This document shows positions 49,832 to 62,761 of a DNA stretch of 64,000 nucleotides, piece by piece. Below the pieces are notes generated by a model, which worked only from the letters and a program-made list of their open reading frames with translations, did no database searches and had not been told where the DNA came from. Source of the stretch: an uncultured Candidatus Rokubacteria bacterium. GTDB lineage: Bacteria; Methylomirabilota; Methylomirabilia; Rokubacteriales; DASRDR01. The stretch lies in contig CAVPSB010000030.1 of assembly GCA_963708025.1 (NCBI GenBank), forward strand, positions 47,455 through 111,454, read 5' to 3'. Each line of letters starts with the position of its first letter. Position 1 is the first letter of the stretch. The position numbers were made by a program, and so were the translations under genes.

Positions 49832-50902
49832 CTACGGGCTCGTCGGCCGCGTGGCGAGGGCCTCCACCAGGCGATCGGGCCGCCCCGCGAACCAGGCGGC
49901 GCGACCCGCGTCCGCCGCGCACTCGTCGACGAGCGCGGCGAGGCACGCGTTGACCGGCGTCGGCGTCCCGGTGCTTGCCCCGGCATCGGCGACCGCGCCG
50001 TTGAGCCAGCGGGCCTCCGTGGGAATGCCCGCGTCCTGGATCCGGACATGGAGCCGGAGCGAGGGGGACTTGCCACCACGGGCCCCGGTAATGGCGCGCG
50101 AGACGATCGGGCGCCCGATCGCGACGGGCAGGCCCAGTCCGCGCAGCAGCAGCGAGACGTCGGCGCCGGGTAACGAGACCGGCCGCAGGCCCAGTGACTT
50201 CATGACGGCGACGGCCTCGTGGAGCTGGCGCCGCTCGATGGGGTACGTGCGCGGGTCGGCGTAGATGTCGCCGGGGTCGATGTCCAGGATGGCGCTGGTG
50301 GCGTTGCCCACGAGGTTGCCGAGCAGCTTCGACCACTTCATCGCCGCGGCGTCCGGGTAGACGCGGGCGGGCAGGCCGGCGCGCGACCAGGATGCCGCGA
50401 GGAGGTCCGCGACGGGACCGCCCGCGTCCTCGCCGTCGCCCGGGACCACCGCGACACCCATGCCGCCCGTGCGCATCCGCTTCACGCCGTCGGGCAGCGG
50501 CTCTACCGCGGTCGTGAGCGAGCCGGCCAGCACCGGCCCGTGGCGTGCCGCCCGGGCCAGCGCCTCGGCGCCCACGCCGTTCTGAACGGTCAGCAGGACG
50601 GCGTCAGGCCAGCGGGCCGCGGTCTCGAGCGCACCGTCGAGATGGAAGATCTTGACGGCCAGGACGATGCACGAAGGTTCACCGGCGTCGGCTGCGTCCA
50701 CGATCCGGCGCACGGGCACGACCTGGGACCCGTCTGGACCCTCGATGCGCAGGCGAGTCGCGTCGTCGCCGCCCAGGACGCGCTGGTCGAGCAGGATCAC
50801 CTCGTGACCCGCGGCAGCGAGCATGCCGCCCAGGAACGAGCCCACGGCACCCGATCCGATGACCAGCACCCGGGGCAGGGGGCCGGGGTCGGTGGCGCTC
50901 AC
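49832..50902 (-). CDS. Ketopantoate reductase family protein
   Basis: IGSGAVG, AVK, QNG, KWSKLLGN, TEARWLNG and TPVN motifs. Confidence 0.8.
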   Translation of the reverse strand: MSATDPGPLPRVLVIGSGAVGSFLGGMLAAAGHEVILLDQRVLGGDDATRLRIEGPDGSQVVPVRRIVDAADAGEPSCIVLAVKIFHLDGALETAARWPDAVLLTVQNGVGAEALARAARHGPVLAGSLTTAVEPLPDGVKRMRTGGMGVAVVPGDGEDAGGPVADLLAASWSRAGLPARVYPDAAAMKWSKLLGNLVGNATSAILDIDPGDIYADPRTYPIERRQLHEAVAVMKSLGLRPVSLPGADVSLLLRGLGLPVAIGRPIVSRAITGARGGKSPSLRLHVRIQDAGIPTEARWLNGAVADAGASTGTPTPVNACLAALVDECAADAGRAAWFAGRPDRLVEALATRPTSP

Positions 50903-51104
50903 CGGAGCGCGCCGGGGCGCTTGGGGACGGGGACGGCGGACACGTCGCTCCTCCTGGGACCGGGGCGGTGACTCCTGGCGAGCAGCCACCCCCGTCAGCC
51001 AGAGACCTTACCCGACTGGGCGCAAGGCCGGACGGGCGTCGTCGGTCGGCGGCCGGTCCAGCGGCCGCCGAAGGGGGTCTGCTACGGGGCCTGGCGAAGG
51101 GTCA

Positions 51105-52453
51105 CTATGGGGCCGGCGAAGGTCCCGAAGCCATGCTGGCGGCCATGTCCGCCGCCCGGTACGCCTGCGCGAGGATCTCCACGGGATGCCGGGTGCGTAC
51201 CCCGGTCGCGGTCTCGATATGCCAGCGGCAGGTCTCCGAGTCGCACGCCGCCATCGCCGCGCCCGAGTCCTTGACCTTCCTGAACAGCGGCTCGCCGACC
51301 TTCATCGCGATCGGGTACTTCTCCTTCTTCATCCCGTACGTCCCCGCGATCCCGCAGCAGTCGTGGTCCATGTCCTTCGCCCGGAGGCCCGGGACGAGCG
51401 CGAACAGGTCCAGCGCCGGCAGCCCGATGCCGTGGCTCCGGAGCTGGCACGGCGCGTGGTAGGGGAGGTCCTCGTCGAGGCGTCCGAAGTTGGTGTCGAG
51501 GCGGCCCTCCTCGTGGAGGTCCAGGAGGAACTCGCAGATGTCCCACGTGGCGTGCGACACGGCCTTCGTGTCGTCGTCCCGCATGTCGAGCATCTCCTCG
51601 TACTCGGCCTTGAGCGTGTGCGTGCAGGAGGTGGACGTGCCGACGATGCGATACCCGGCCCGCGCGTATTCCGCGAGGACCTCGTTGTTCTTGCAGGCAC
51701 GCTCGCGGGCGTCGTCGTAGAGACCGTTGCTGATCAGCGGGAGGCCGCAGCACACCTGCTCCGGGATGATCGTCTCGAAGCCGTTCCGCTTGAGCACCCA
51801 GATCGCGGCCTCGGCCACGTGGGGCTCGTAGTAGTTGACCGAGCAGCCGTGGAAGTACACGACGGCCTTGTCGGGTCCGGGTCGGCTCTTGAGGGTGCCG
51901 CCGTCTGGTCGCCTGGACTGGCGCTTCTTCCAGGTCGACTGGAACGTGCGCTTGGAGAACTTCGGGAAGGGCGCCTTGCGGTGGACCCCGAGGGTGATCT
52001 CGAACGCCGAGCGGACGACACGGTTGTGGAAGGCGAAGTTCGCGATCGGGGAGAACAGGACGCCCATCGTCCCGACCAGGTCGGTCTGGGCGAGGCCCCA
52101 GTCGCGCAGCTTGGGGATCCTGCCCTCGCGCAGCCGCCCGCGGGCCTGGTTGTTCATCTCGGCGATCTTCACCCCGGCCGGGCACACGGTGGTGCACCAG
52201 CCGCAGCCGTTGCAGTAGTCCACCGAGTGATCGGGGGACTTCGGGTTGGCCGAGTCGGGCCCTGGATCTGCTGGAGGCCGGCCAGGCGGAACCGCTGGGC
52301 CTGGGGGCCGGAGTACTTCGGGCCCGGGAACAGGTCCGTCACCCGCATGACGGGGCAGACGGTGTTGCAGACGTTGCACTTGAGGCATTCATCCGCCGAG
52401 GCCGACACGTGCCGGTCCTCGGCCGCCTCCCGGACGAGTTCGGCGATGGTCAC
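51105..52453 (-). CDS. glpC: Anaerobic glycerol-3-phosphate dehydrogenase subunit C; frameshift at about 52255-52275
   Basis: CLKCNVCNTVCP, PGPK, CNGCGWCTTVCP and two CCG domains. Confidence 0.9.
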
Positions 52454-53787
52454 TGGTCGGTCCTCACGGCGAGCGGCTCGCGTTCGATCGGGGTGCTCAT
52501 GGCGCCTGCGGTCAGCTCGTTCGCCGCCCGCCAGCCGCTGGCGACGGCGATCCCATCGCCGCACCGCTCGCGGATCGACCGCTGGCCGGCGAGGAGCGCT
52601 CCCGCGACCCGGACGTTGGCGAGGGGCGCCGGTCGTCCGTCGCCGGCCAGCGGCCGGAGGTCGCCATCCGTGCGAATGCCGGCCGCCTCGATCGGGTGGC
52701 CGGCGGGGTCGAGCGCATCGGCGACCAGCCACTCCTCGTGCTCGACGGCGTCCACGTGCAGCCCGAGCAGCGGCTCGACGATGTGACCCTCGTGCGTGGC
52801 CACGAGCCCGCCGCCCGCGATGCCGCCGGTGGCGAGCACCAGCGCCTCCGTCCGGATGACCTGCGACCGCGCGGCGGCCTCCATCTCCACGGCCGTGACG
52901 CGGCCGTCCTCGACGTGGATTCGCGCGACGGCCTCGCCGACCTGCACACGCCCGCCGGCGGCGCGGATGATCTCGCGGAGGACGCGCCAGAGGCGGATGC
53001 CCGGGATGCTGGGCGGGACGAGCGGGATCTCGAATGGCTCCAGCGGCAGCCTCGCCCGGAGCTCGGCCCACGCCTCGGCGTGGCGCTCGAGGCCCGACGA
53101 TCGCGGGCACGGCCACGCGCCGGGCCGCCCACCGGCCGCCTTCTTGATCGCGGCCGCGAACCGGGAGATGTCGCCGGCCCGCAGCGCGGGATCATCGAAG
53201 CGACGGGCAAGGTGCAGGGCGTTGAGGTTGTTGCGGTCTGCCACGCCGTCGAGGTCCACGGTGATCCCGACGACACGATCCGGGCGGTCCGAGCCCATCC
53301 AGACGGCCTCGCGCCCGAGGCTGTCGGCGATGGCCGCCGGCCAGAAGTCCTTGTACCCGGCGGGTCCGGCGATCACGAGGATCTCGTCGGGATCCCACGG
53401 TCGCAGGGCGGCCACCTGGGCGGCGGGGACGATCGCCACGCGCCGCGTCCCGCCGATGGCGGTCGGCACGCGTCGGATCGGCGTGTCGAGGGTCCCCACG
53501 TAGGGCAACCCCTCCGCCTCGAGGCGCTCGAGGAGCCACGCGACCGATGGCGCCACGTCCGGGGCGAGGAAGCCGTACGGGTGGTCCTGCGCCGCGAGCG
53601 AGACAACGCCCTCGGCAGGGGTCGCGGCCCCGGCGGGTCCGGCGACGTCGAGCCCACCGGAGCCCCAGTGGGTGCTCGCGTGGCCCTTGGCGACGAGGGT
53701 GACAGTCGCCCCGGACTCGGCGATGCGGGCCGCGGCGACCAGGCCGGCGAGGCCGGCACCGACGACGACGACGTCAGCGTGCGGCAT
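52450..53787 (-). CDS. glpB: Anaerobic glycerol-3-phosphate dehydrogenase subunit B
   Basis: GAGLAG, EIPLVPPSIPGIRL, LATG...GGL and CGDGIA motifs; short compensated frameshift at about 53095-53120. Confidence 0.88.
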   Translation of the reverse strand: MPHADVVVVGAGLAGLVAAARIAESGATVTLVAKGHASTHWGSGGLDVAGPAGAATPAEGVVSLAAQDHPYGFLAPDVAPSVAWLLERLEAEGLPYVGTLDTPIRRVPTAIGGTRRVAIVPAAQVAALRPWDPDEILVIAGPAGYKDFWPAAIADSLGREAVWMGSDRPDRVVGITVDLDGVADRNNLNALHLARRFDDPALRAGDISRFAAAIKKAAGGRPGAWPCPRSSGLERHAEAWAELRARLPLEPFEIPLVPPSIPGIRLWRVLREIIRAAGGRVQVGEAVARIHVEDGRVTAVEMEAAARSQVIRTEALVLATGGIAGGGLVATHEGHIVEPLLGLHVDAVEHEEWLVADALDPAGHPIEAAGIRTDGDLRPLAGDGRPAPLANVRVAGALLAGQRSIRERCGDGIAVASGWRAANELTAGAMSTPIEREPLAVRTDQ

Positions 53788-55457
53788 CGAGGCTCTCCTC
53801 GCTCAGCATGGGGGCGGGCGCCGAGGCCATCGACTCCAGCCCGAGGACGCCCAGGTAGACGCCATTCGTCATCATCAGCTCCTGGAGCTGGCGGCCCTCG
53901 GCGATGGGCCGGGTGCCCTTGAAGCGCTCCCGGAAGAAGCCTGTCAGCGCGCGATCGGCGATCGCGGCGTGGTGGGCGGGCGTCCCGGGGGAGTACCCGT
54001 CCACGTCGAGGGCGCCAGGCACGGGTTGACCCGTCGCCGCGGTGCGCGCATCCAGGCGCTCGGCCAGCAGGCCCGCGACCCGGAACATGCAGAAGGCGCC
54101 CTGGCAGGGACCCATGCCCACCCGGCTCCCGCGACGGACGTCGTCGATGTCGCACGGCCAGTGGCGGTCGAGGTAGACGTCGACCATCTTCCGGGTCACG
54201 AGCTCGCACTCACACAGCAGGGTCGCGTCGCCTCCACCCTCCTCCTCGTGATCCGCGAGTCGGTGGCCCAGCCAGTAGGTGTGGCCGGTCTCCTGATCTG
54301 GGAGCATCTCGTCGGCGGTGGTGCATGGGGCGCTGATGCCCATCTTGCCCGCAACGACGTCCACGGTCTGCTCGGCCATGAGCCGGTGGGTCGTGAGCTT
54401 GCCGCCGACGATCGACACGAAGTTGTCCACGCCCTGGTCGGCGTGATCGAGGATCGCGTGGGCCCGGGAGATCGAGCGGTTGCCCACGCCCGGGACCGCA
54501 TCGGCGGGGGGCTGGTACAGCGGCCGCACGCCCGCGTAGGCGCGCAGGATCCGCATCCGCGGCAGGTCCGGGAACATCTTGGCGCCCTCGCTGACGAGGC
54601 GCTCGACCTCCGCCCGGGTGATCTCGTAGTCGTCCGGGTCGGGGACCTTGATGTCGGTCGTGCCGAGGATGGCGACGGTGTGGACGGGGACCATGATGTC
54701 GCCGTCGGACGAGCGATGGCAGCGGTTGATCACCGCGTCGGTCATCCGGTGGTTGTAGATCAGCATCGTGCCCTTGCCGGGCGTCATCTCGACGCTGACG
54801 TTGGCGAAGGCCGCGATCTGGCCGGCCCAGGCCCCGGCCGCGGAGATCACGAACTTGGTCCAGACCCGCGAGACCGTGCCGGTCTGCTCGTCGCGCAGCG
54901 TCACCGCGGTGATCCGGTCTCCCTGGACCTCCATGCCGATGACCCGTTGGTAGGTGAGCGCCTCGCTGCCGTGCCGGCGGGCGTCGGCGAGCATCGAAAT
55001 CGATCAGCATCCACGGCTCGATCGACCCGTCCGGCACGCGGAACGCCCGGCGGGTCTTGGGGTTGAGCGCCGGTTCCCGGGCCAGGAGGTCCGCGACCTT
55101 GACCTCGTCGCAGTCCACGCCGCTGGCGTTGCAGTTGTCGGCGAACGCCTCGACGTAGTCGTCGGGGTCGTCGGGCGTCGCGATGAAGTAGCCGCCGGTG
55201 TCCTCGATGCTCGCGGGCGCGATCCGCCGCAGCACGCGGTTCTCGTCGATGCACTCACGGGCCGCGAGCTTGTCCTTGCCGACGTAGCGGCCGCCGGAGT
55301 GGAGCAGGCCGTGGTACCGGCCGGTGGTCCCGGTGCCGAAGTCGCTGCGCTCCACGAGCAGGGACTTGAGTCCTCGTCGGGCCACGTCCCGGAGGATCGC
55401 GGCGCCGGTTGCGCCACCCCCGATGACGAGGACGTCGACGGTGTGCGGCACCGCCAT
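53774..55457 (-). CDS. glpA: Anaerobic glycerol-3-phosphate dehydrogenase subunit A; frameshift at about 55000
   Basis: IGGGATG, GTTGRYHGLLHSGGRY, GGKLTT, CECE and GMGPCQG motifs. Confidence 0.92.
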
Positions 55458-55550
55458 GATGGTCACCTCGCTGCGTGCCCGTGGGCGGGATCGCCCCGGG
55501 CGTGCGTTGCTCACCGGTGCCGGCCGGCTCGGACGGCGGCCCGGTCCACT

Positions 55551-55957
55551 CTATCCCTTGGGCAGGGAGGCTGCTCCCTCGGCCGCCTCCAGGACCTCAT
55601 CCAGGCTCGAGCCCGTGCTCGCCTGGACGGCCGCGATGACGGCCCCCTCCACGATCGGTCCGCGGCTGAGGCGCACGTTCTCGGGGTTGCCGAGCAGCTC
55701 CAGCGCGGTCCGCGTCGCCAGCACGGCGCTGCCGAGGTCCGCGAGGACCACGACGCCAGAACCGGCATCGGCCTCGCCGATGGCCACGGCGATCCGGGCC
55801 GCATCGGTGCCGATGGCGCCGTCCTCCATGCCGCCGGCAGGGATGATCCGGACGTCCGGCCCGGCCATTTGGCCGGCCAGCTCGGCGGTGCCCTCTGCGA
55901 TACGGCTGGAGTGGGAGACCACCACGAGCCCGACGCAGGGGGGTTTGCTGAAGTCAC
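55551..55957 (-). CDS. dhaM: PTS-dependent dihydroxyacetone kinase phosphotransferase subunit DhaM (EIIA only)
   Basis: VGLVVVSHS, AGG..DG.IGT, DLGSA and PIVEG motifs; start uncertain, probable 5' indel. Confidence 0.85.
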
Positions 55958-55977
55958 GACCCTTCCCTCATCAAGTG

Positions 55978-56011
55978 ACAGCCCCGACGCCCGGGTGGGC
56001 GTCGGGGCTGT
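55978..56011. terminator. Perfect 15-bp stem-loop between glpK and dhaM
   Basis: ACAGCCCCGACGCCC-GGGT-GGGCGTCGGGGCTGT; no clear U-tract, so it may be a stabilising or attenuating hairpin. Confidence 0.55.
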
Positions 56012-56034
56012 GTCCGTTCAGGTCCTAACGGGGA

Positions 56035-57534
<1,500 letters not shown>

Positions 57535-57567
57535 GAGGGTTTCTGCTCCCGTGTGTGTGATGGATGC

Positions 57568-58215
57568 CTAGGCCTGGAACCAGGTGTCGGCAGCGGCCTT
57601 GAGCAGGAGATGCGAGGACGTCGCGCCCGGGTCCTGGTGACCCGCGCTGCGCTCTCCCAGGTAGCTCGCCCGACCCTTGCGGGCGACGAGCGGGATGGTG
57701 GCGAGCATGCCCTGCTCGGCTGCCGCGACGGTCGCGGCGAGGGCATCGGCCGGGGCGTCACCCCGGTCGAGACCCCCCCGAAGCGCGTCACGCGCCGGCA
57801 GGAGTGCATCGAGCATGGTCTTGTCGCCGGGCTCGGCTTTGCCCAGGCGCTGGATCCCGGCGACGCCGGCCTCCATCGCCGTGGCGAAGTCGCCGAGCTC
57901 GATGTCGGCCTTGCCGGCCGTCCCGCCCCCGAGCTGGAGGAAGAACGTGCCGTAGAGCGGACCGCTCGCGCCACCGACCGTGGAGACGAGGGTCATGCCG
58001 ACGCCCTTGAGGAAGGCGCCGACGTCGCCGACGGGAAGCGCCGGCAGCTTGGCCATGACGGCGGTGAAGCCGCGGTCCATGTTGATGCCGTGGTCGGCGT
58101 CGCCGATCGCGGAGTCGAGCTCGGTCAGGTCTCCGTTCTCCGGCATGCAGCCTCTCGGCGAGCAGCCGGACCCAGCCACCACGTCGTCGTAGCTGATGCG
58201 TGACGCGCTGCTCAT
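57568..58215 (-). CDS. dhaL: Dihydroxyacetone kinase ADP-binding subunit DhaL
   Basis: LDSAIGDADHGINM, GGASGPLYG, GDKTM and KGRASYLGERS..H.DPGA motifs. Confidence 0.9.
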   Translation of the reverse strand: MSSASRISYDDVVAGSGCSPRGCMPENGDLTELDSAIGDADHGINMDRGFTAVMAKLPALPVGDVGAFLKGVGMTLVSTVGGASGPLYGTFFLQLGGGTAGKADIELGDFATAMEAGVAGIQRLGKAEPGDKTMLDALLPARDALRGGLDRGDAPADALAATVAAAEQGMLATIPLVARKGRASYLGERSAGHQDPGATSSHLLLKAAADTWFQA

Positions 58216-58252
58216 CGTGCTAAGTCCCGCTCCTGGTTGCGGGGTGGACGGC

Positions 58253-59260
<1,008 letters not shown>

Positions 59261-59349
59261 GCGCGATCTCCCCGTTGGGGTTGAGGGCTCGCCGCCGGGC
59301 ACCGGAGGGAATCCCGGCGGCGAGCGAGCCGTTCGTCAGGAGGTTGTCG

Positions 59350-60117
59350 CTACATACCCATCACGCCGACCCAGACACCCTGGAAGACCAGCGCCGCCAG
59401 GATGCCGCCGACGATCGGGCCGACGACCGGGACCCAGGAGTATCCCCAGTCCGAGGGGCCCTTGCCCGGGACGGGCAGGAGCTGGTGGATGATGCGCGGG
59501 CCCAGGTCGCGGGCCGGGTTGATCGCGTAGCCGGTGTTGCCGCCGAGCGACATGCCGATCGACCACACGAGGATCGCGACGGGCAGCGCGCCGAGGGCCG
59601 CCATGCCACCCTTGGCCATCGCCACGCCGTCCTCGGAGCCGTTGGTGCCGAAGGTGAGGATGACGAACACCAGCACGAAGGTGCCGATGACCTCGGCGAC
59701 GAAGTTGAGCCCGTAGTTGCGGATGTTCGGCCCGGTGCTGAAGACCGCGAGCTTGAGGCCCTGGTCCTCGGTGGCCTTGAAGTGATCCCAGTAGTGGATC
59801 AGCACGAGGGTCGCGCCGATAAAGGCACCGACGAACTCACCGGCCAGGTACACGGGGACCTGGTCCCACGGGGTCGACCCGTTGACGGCGAGGCCGATGG
59901 TGACGGCCGGGTTCAGGTGCGCGCCGCTGATGGGGCCAGCGACCACGACGCCCACGAACACGGCGAATGCCCATGCCGCGGTGATGACGATCCAGCCGGC
60001 GTTGTTGGACTTGGACTTCGCGAGCAGGACGCCAGCGACGACGCCATCGCCCAGCAGGATCAGGAGTCCCGTGCCGACCATTTCGGCGATGAAGACGTTT
60101 AGGGCGTTGTATTCCAT
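59350..60117 (-). CDS. glpF: Glycerol uptake facilitator (MIP family)
   Basis: SGAHLNPAVT and YAINPARDLGPR motifs. Confidence 0.93.
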   Translation of the reverse strand: MEYNALNVFIAEMVGTGLLILLGDGVVAGVLLAKSKSNNAGWIVITAAWAFAVFVGVVVAGPISGAHLNPAVTIGLAVNGSTPWDQVPVYLAGEFVGAFIGATLVLIHYWDHFKATEDQGLKLAVFSTGPNIRNYGLNFVAEVIGTFVLVFVILTFGTNGSEDGVAMAKGGMAALGALPVAILVWSIGMSLGGNTGYAINPARDLGPRIIHQLLPVPGKGPSDWGYSWVPVVGPIVGGILAALVFQGVWVGVMGM

Positions 60118-60468
60118 GCGATTGAACTCCCTCTTGTGGATCAACCCCGGACCCCCGGGGTTCCAGCATCCCTCAGCCCAGCCTGCGGCCCTGCGGCGAA
60201 CTGCATCGCGCGGCGCGCATGGGCCGTTCGGGCTCAACCTCCTCCGGTGGCTCCTCCTTTCGCAATCCAGCGGATTGGCGGGCCGCGGCGCTCGGGTCGC
60301 GCGGCGACCCACCGCTGCAGGCGCGGATAGTCGGACTGTAGGGGCACGGACACGCGCGGAATTCAAGACATAGTCGATCCGTTCCGTATCCCTGCCGATA
60401 CCCGGCCGCATCGCCCGCCGTGGGTGCGGGGGCGGCTCTGACGGGGCGCGCGCGGCCCTGACTCCACG

Positions 60469-60628
60469 CGTGTCCCCGAGCGGCGGCGAACCACCACGGG
60501 GTCATTCCGGCGGTTTCCACGAGGGACTGGGACTCGATCGGCGCGATTCCGATCGCCACCTCTCCACGCCGACCATCCAGACGACTCCTCCTCGTGTCAT
60601 CGGGGGGCGACGAACCACCACGGGGCCA
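60469..60628. repeat. Two ~36-bp imperfect direct repeats upstream of glpF
   Basis: Identical core CGAACCACCACGGGG at 60487 and 60611, each preceded by CGTGTC. Confidence 0.6.
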
Positions 60629-60751
60629 GGTCAGGAACCACGCGTCGCAGGCCCGAGTCACGCTCGTCGCAGGCCCCATTGAGTCCGAGGCCAGTCAGGA
60701 CTTGGGTTGGGGACAGGGCGCCAGACCGCATCGCTCGCCGGCACGGTCTGG

Positions 60752-61480
60752 CTACGGCTGGGCGGACGGCACGCGGGGCGGCATCGACTGCCGTGCAGTC
60801 CCGGTCACGGCGTCCGCGAGACAGCGGATGAGGATGGCGCTCGACGCCGCGCCCGGGTCGAGGTGGCCGGCGGAACGCTCCCCGAGGTAGCTGGCGCGCC
60901 CCTTGCGGGCGACCAGCGGGATCGTGGCGGCGGCGCCCGCCTCGGCGGCTTCGGCCATCGCGAGCATCGCGTCCCGTTCCGGGGCGTCCGGCGGTGCAGC
61001 CCGCAGCGCGGCCAGCGCCGGAGACAGGGCATCCAGCATGGTCTTGTCGCCGGGGGCCGCGCGGCCCAATGCGGTGATCCCGTCTATGGCGCCCGCCAGG
61101 GCGATCTCCACGAGCGCCCGCCGGCCGACCTCCTCGTCTCCTGCCCGCTCGGCGAGCTGGGTCCCCGCGGTCATCAGGGCCCGGCCGTAGAGGGCGCCGC
61201 TCGCGCCGCCGACGAGTCCCAGCAGGCGACGGCCCGCCGACGTCATCAGCGTTGCGACGTCGCCGGTCGGGATCGCGCCCGACTCAAGGTCGCCCAGGAC
61301 GGCGCTGAACCCACGGTCCAGGTTGATGCCGTGGTCGCCGTCGCCGATCGCAGCATCCAGCTCGGTCAGCCACAGGCGCCGCTCGTGGATCGCGCGGGCG
61401 GTGCACCGCAGCCAGGCGTCGGCCACGGTCATGACCGTGGCCGACGGGGCGCGATCGCGATGGTGATCGTCGCTACCCAT
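60752..61480 (-). CDS. dhaL: Second DhaL subunit
   Basis: LDAAIGDGDHGINL, GGASGALYG, GDKTM and KGRASYLGERS motifs. Confidence 0.88.
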   Translation of the reverse strand: MGSDDHHRDRAPSATVMTVADAWLRCTARAIHERRLWLTELDAAIGDGDHGINLDRGFSAVLGDLESGAIPTGDVATLMTSAGRRLLGLVGGASGALYGRALMTAGTQLAERAGDEEVGRRALVEIALAGAIDGITALGRAAPGDKTMLDALSPALAALRAAPPDAPERDAMLAMAEAAEAGAAATIPLVARKGRASYLGERSAGHLDPGAASSAILIRCLADAVTGTARQSMPPRVPSAQP

Positions 61481-61483
61481 GGG

Positions 61484-61891
61484 TCAGTCGCGCGGCAGCT
61501 TGGGCAGGGTGCGGGCGCGTTCAGCGGCCGCAGCCACGGCGTCCACGCCGGCGCCACCAGCGGCTGCCACGGCAGCCAGGACCGCACCCTCGACGATGGG
61601 CGCCTCGGTCAGCCGGACGAGCGCCCGATCCGCGCGATCCAGCTCATCGAGCGCCAGGTCCACGGCCATGGACGCACTACCCAGGTCCAGCAACACCAGG
61701 ATGCCGTCCCGGCCGTTCGCCTCCAGGACGCGACGGAGCGCGCCCGCGACCTCGAGGCCATTGGTCCCCAGGCGCCCGCCACTGAGGCCACCCGCTCCGT
61801 CGACGGGGACATCGGGCGCCGCCTGCGACACCATCGCGACGACACCGCGCACGACGTCCGCGCTGTGGGCCACCAGGACGAGACCGATCAT
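61484..61891 (-). CDS. dhaM: Second DhaM (EIIA) subunit
   Basis: IGLVLVAHS, AGG...LGT, DLGSA and PIVEG motifs. Confidence 0.85.
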   Translation of the reverse strand: MIGLVLVAHSADVVRGVVAMVSQAAPDVPVDGAGGLSGGRLGTNGLEVAGALRRVLEANGRDGILVLLDLGSASMAVDLALDELDRADRALVRLTEAPIVEGAVLAAVAAAGGAGVDAVAAAAERARTLPKLPRD

Positions 61892-62008
61892 GCTCAAGCT
61901 CCGTCAGGCTTGGCGCCACGAACCGAGGACCGTCCCGGGGGCATGGCCGACAGGCCGGCGGGCTGCCGGTCCGCGGGGGCGGCGCCGGGTCATACACTAC
62001 GCTCGCGC

Positions 62009-62761
62009 ATGAGTATCCGCAGCGGCGACCAGCCCCCCTTGCCCAACGCAACCGGCCACCGCGAGGCAGGCGCCAGCGGCCGGTCGGACGGCGGCCTGGG
62101 CAGGCGGGATCGGCGCGCGTCCGCGACCTTCACCGGGGCGGACCTCGCGTCCGTCGTCACGCGCGCCGAGCGCCTGCTCGCCCGCAACCGGATCCTCCTC
62201 GACCGCCTCGACGCCGAGCTCGGTGACGGCGATCACGGCGAGAACATGACGGCCGGGTTCGCTCATGCTGTCCGATCCGTCGTCCCGGCGGACCCATCGG
62301 ACGACGTGGGCGACCTCCTGCGCCAGCTCGGCCACCAGCTGGTGTCGGGCGTGGGCGGGGCCGGTGGATCGCTCTACGGCACCGCGTTCATCGAAGCGGG
62401 GATCGCGGTCGCGGGACTCGCCGAGCTCACGCCCGAGGACACGGCCCGCGCCCTCGACGCGGCGGCGGAGGGGCTCGCCCGACGTGGTCGCTGCCGGCTT
62501 GGCGACAAGACGATCTACGACGCCCTGCGGCCGGCCGCGGATGCCTTCGCCGCGGCGATCACGCGGGGCGCGGGCCGGGACGTGGCGATCATGGCGGCCA
62601 TCCGGGCGGCTCGTGACGGCATGCACGCCACGACGCCGCTGATCGCGCGACGGGGTCTCGCGCTGCGCCTGGGTGAGCGATCGCGCGGCCACCAGGACCC
62701 GGGCGCCACCTCGTGCTACCTGCTGTTTCGTGCACTCCTCGCCTCGGGCTCGCGCGAGTGA
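62009..62761 (+). CDS. Third, divergent DhaL-family protein
   Basis: LDAELGDGDHGENM, GGAGGSLYG, GDKTI and RGLALRLGERS..HQDPGA motifs. Confidence 0.85.
   Translation: MSIRSGDQPPLPNATGHREAGASGRSDGGLGRRDRRASATFTGADLASVVTRAERLLARNRILLDRLDAELGDGDHGENMTAGFAHAVRSVVPADPSDDVGDLLRQLGHQLVSGVGGAGGSLYGTAFIEAGIAVAGLAELTPEDTARALDAAAEGLARRGRCRLGDKTIYDALRPAADAFAAAITRGAGRDVAIMAAIRAARDGMHATTPLIARRGLALRLGERSRGHQDPGATSCYLLFRALLASGSRE

Noticed and set aside
60469-60628. CRISPR array or tRNA
   Set aside because: Only two units about 124 bp apart, no cas genes; GGTTCG is not followed by a tRNA T-arm or acceptor structure
60707-62008. Long N-terminal extension of DhaL3 (684-aa ORF)
   Set aside because: Antisense to the second dhaL and dhaM genes
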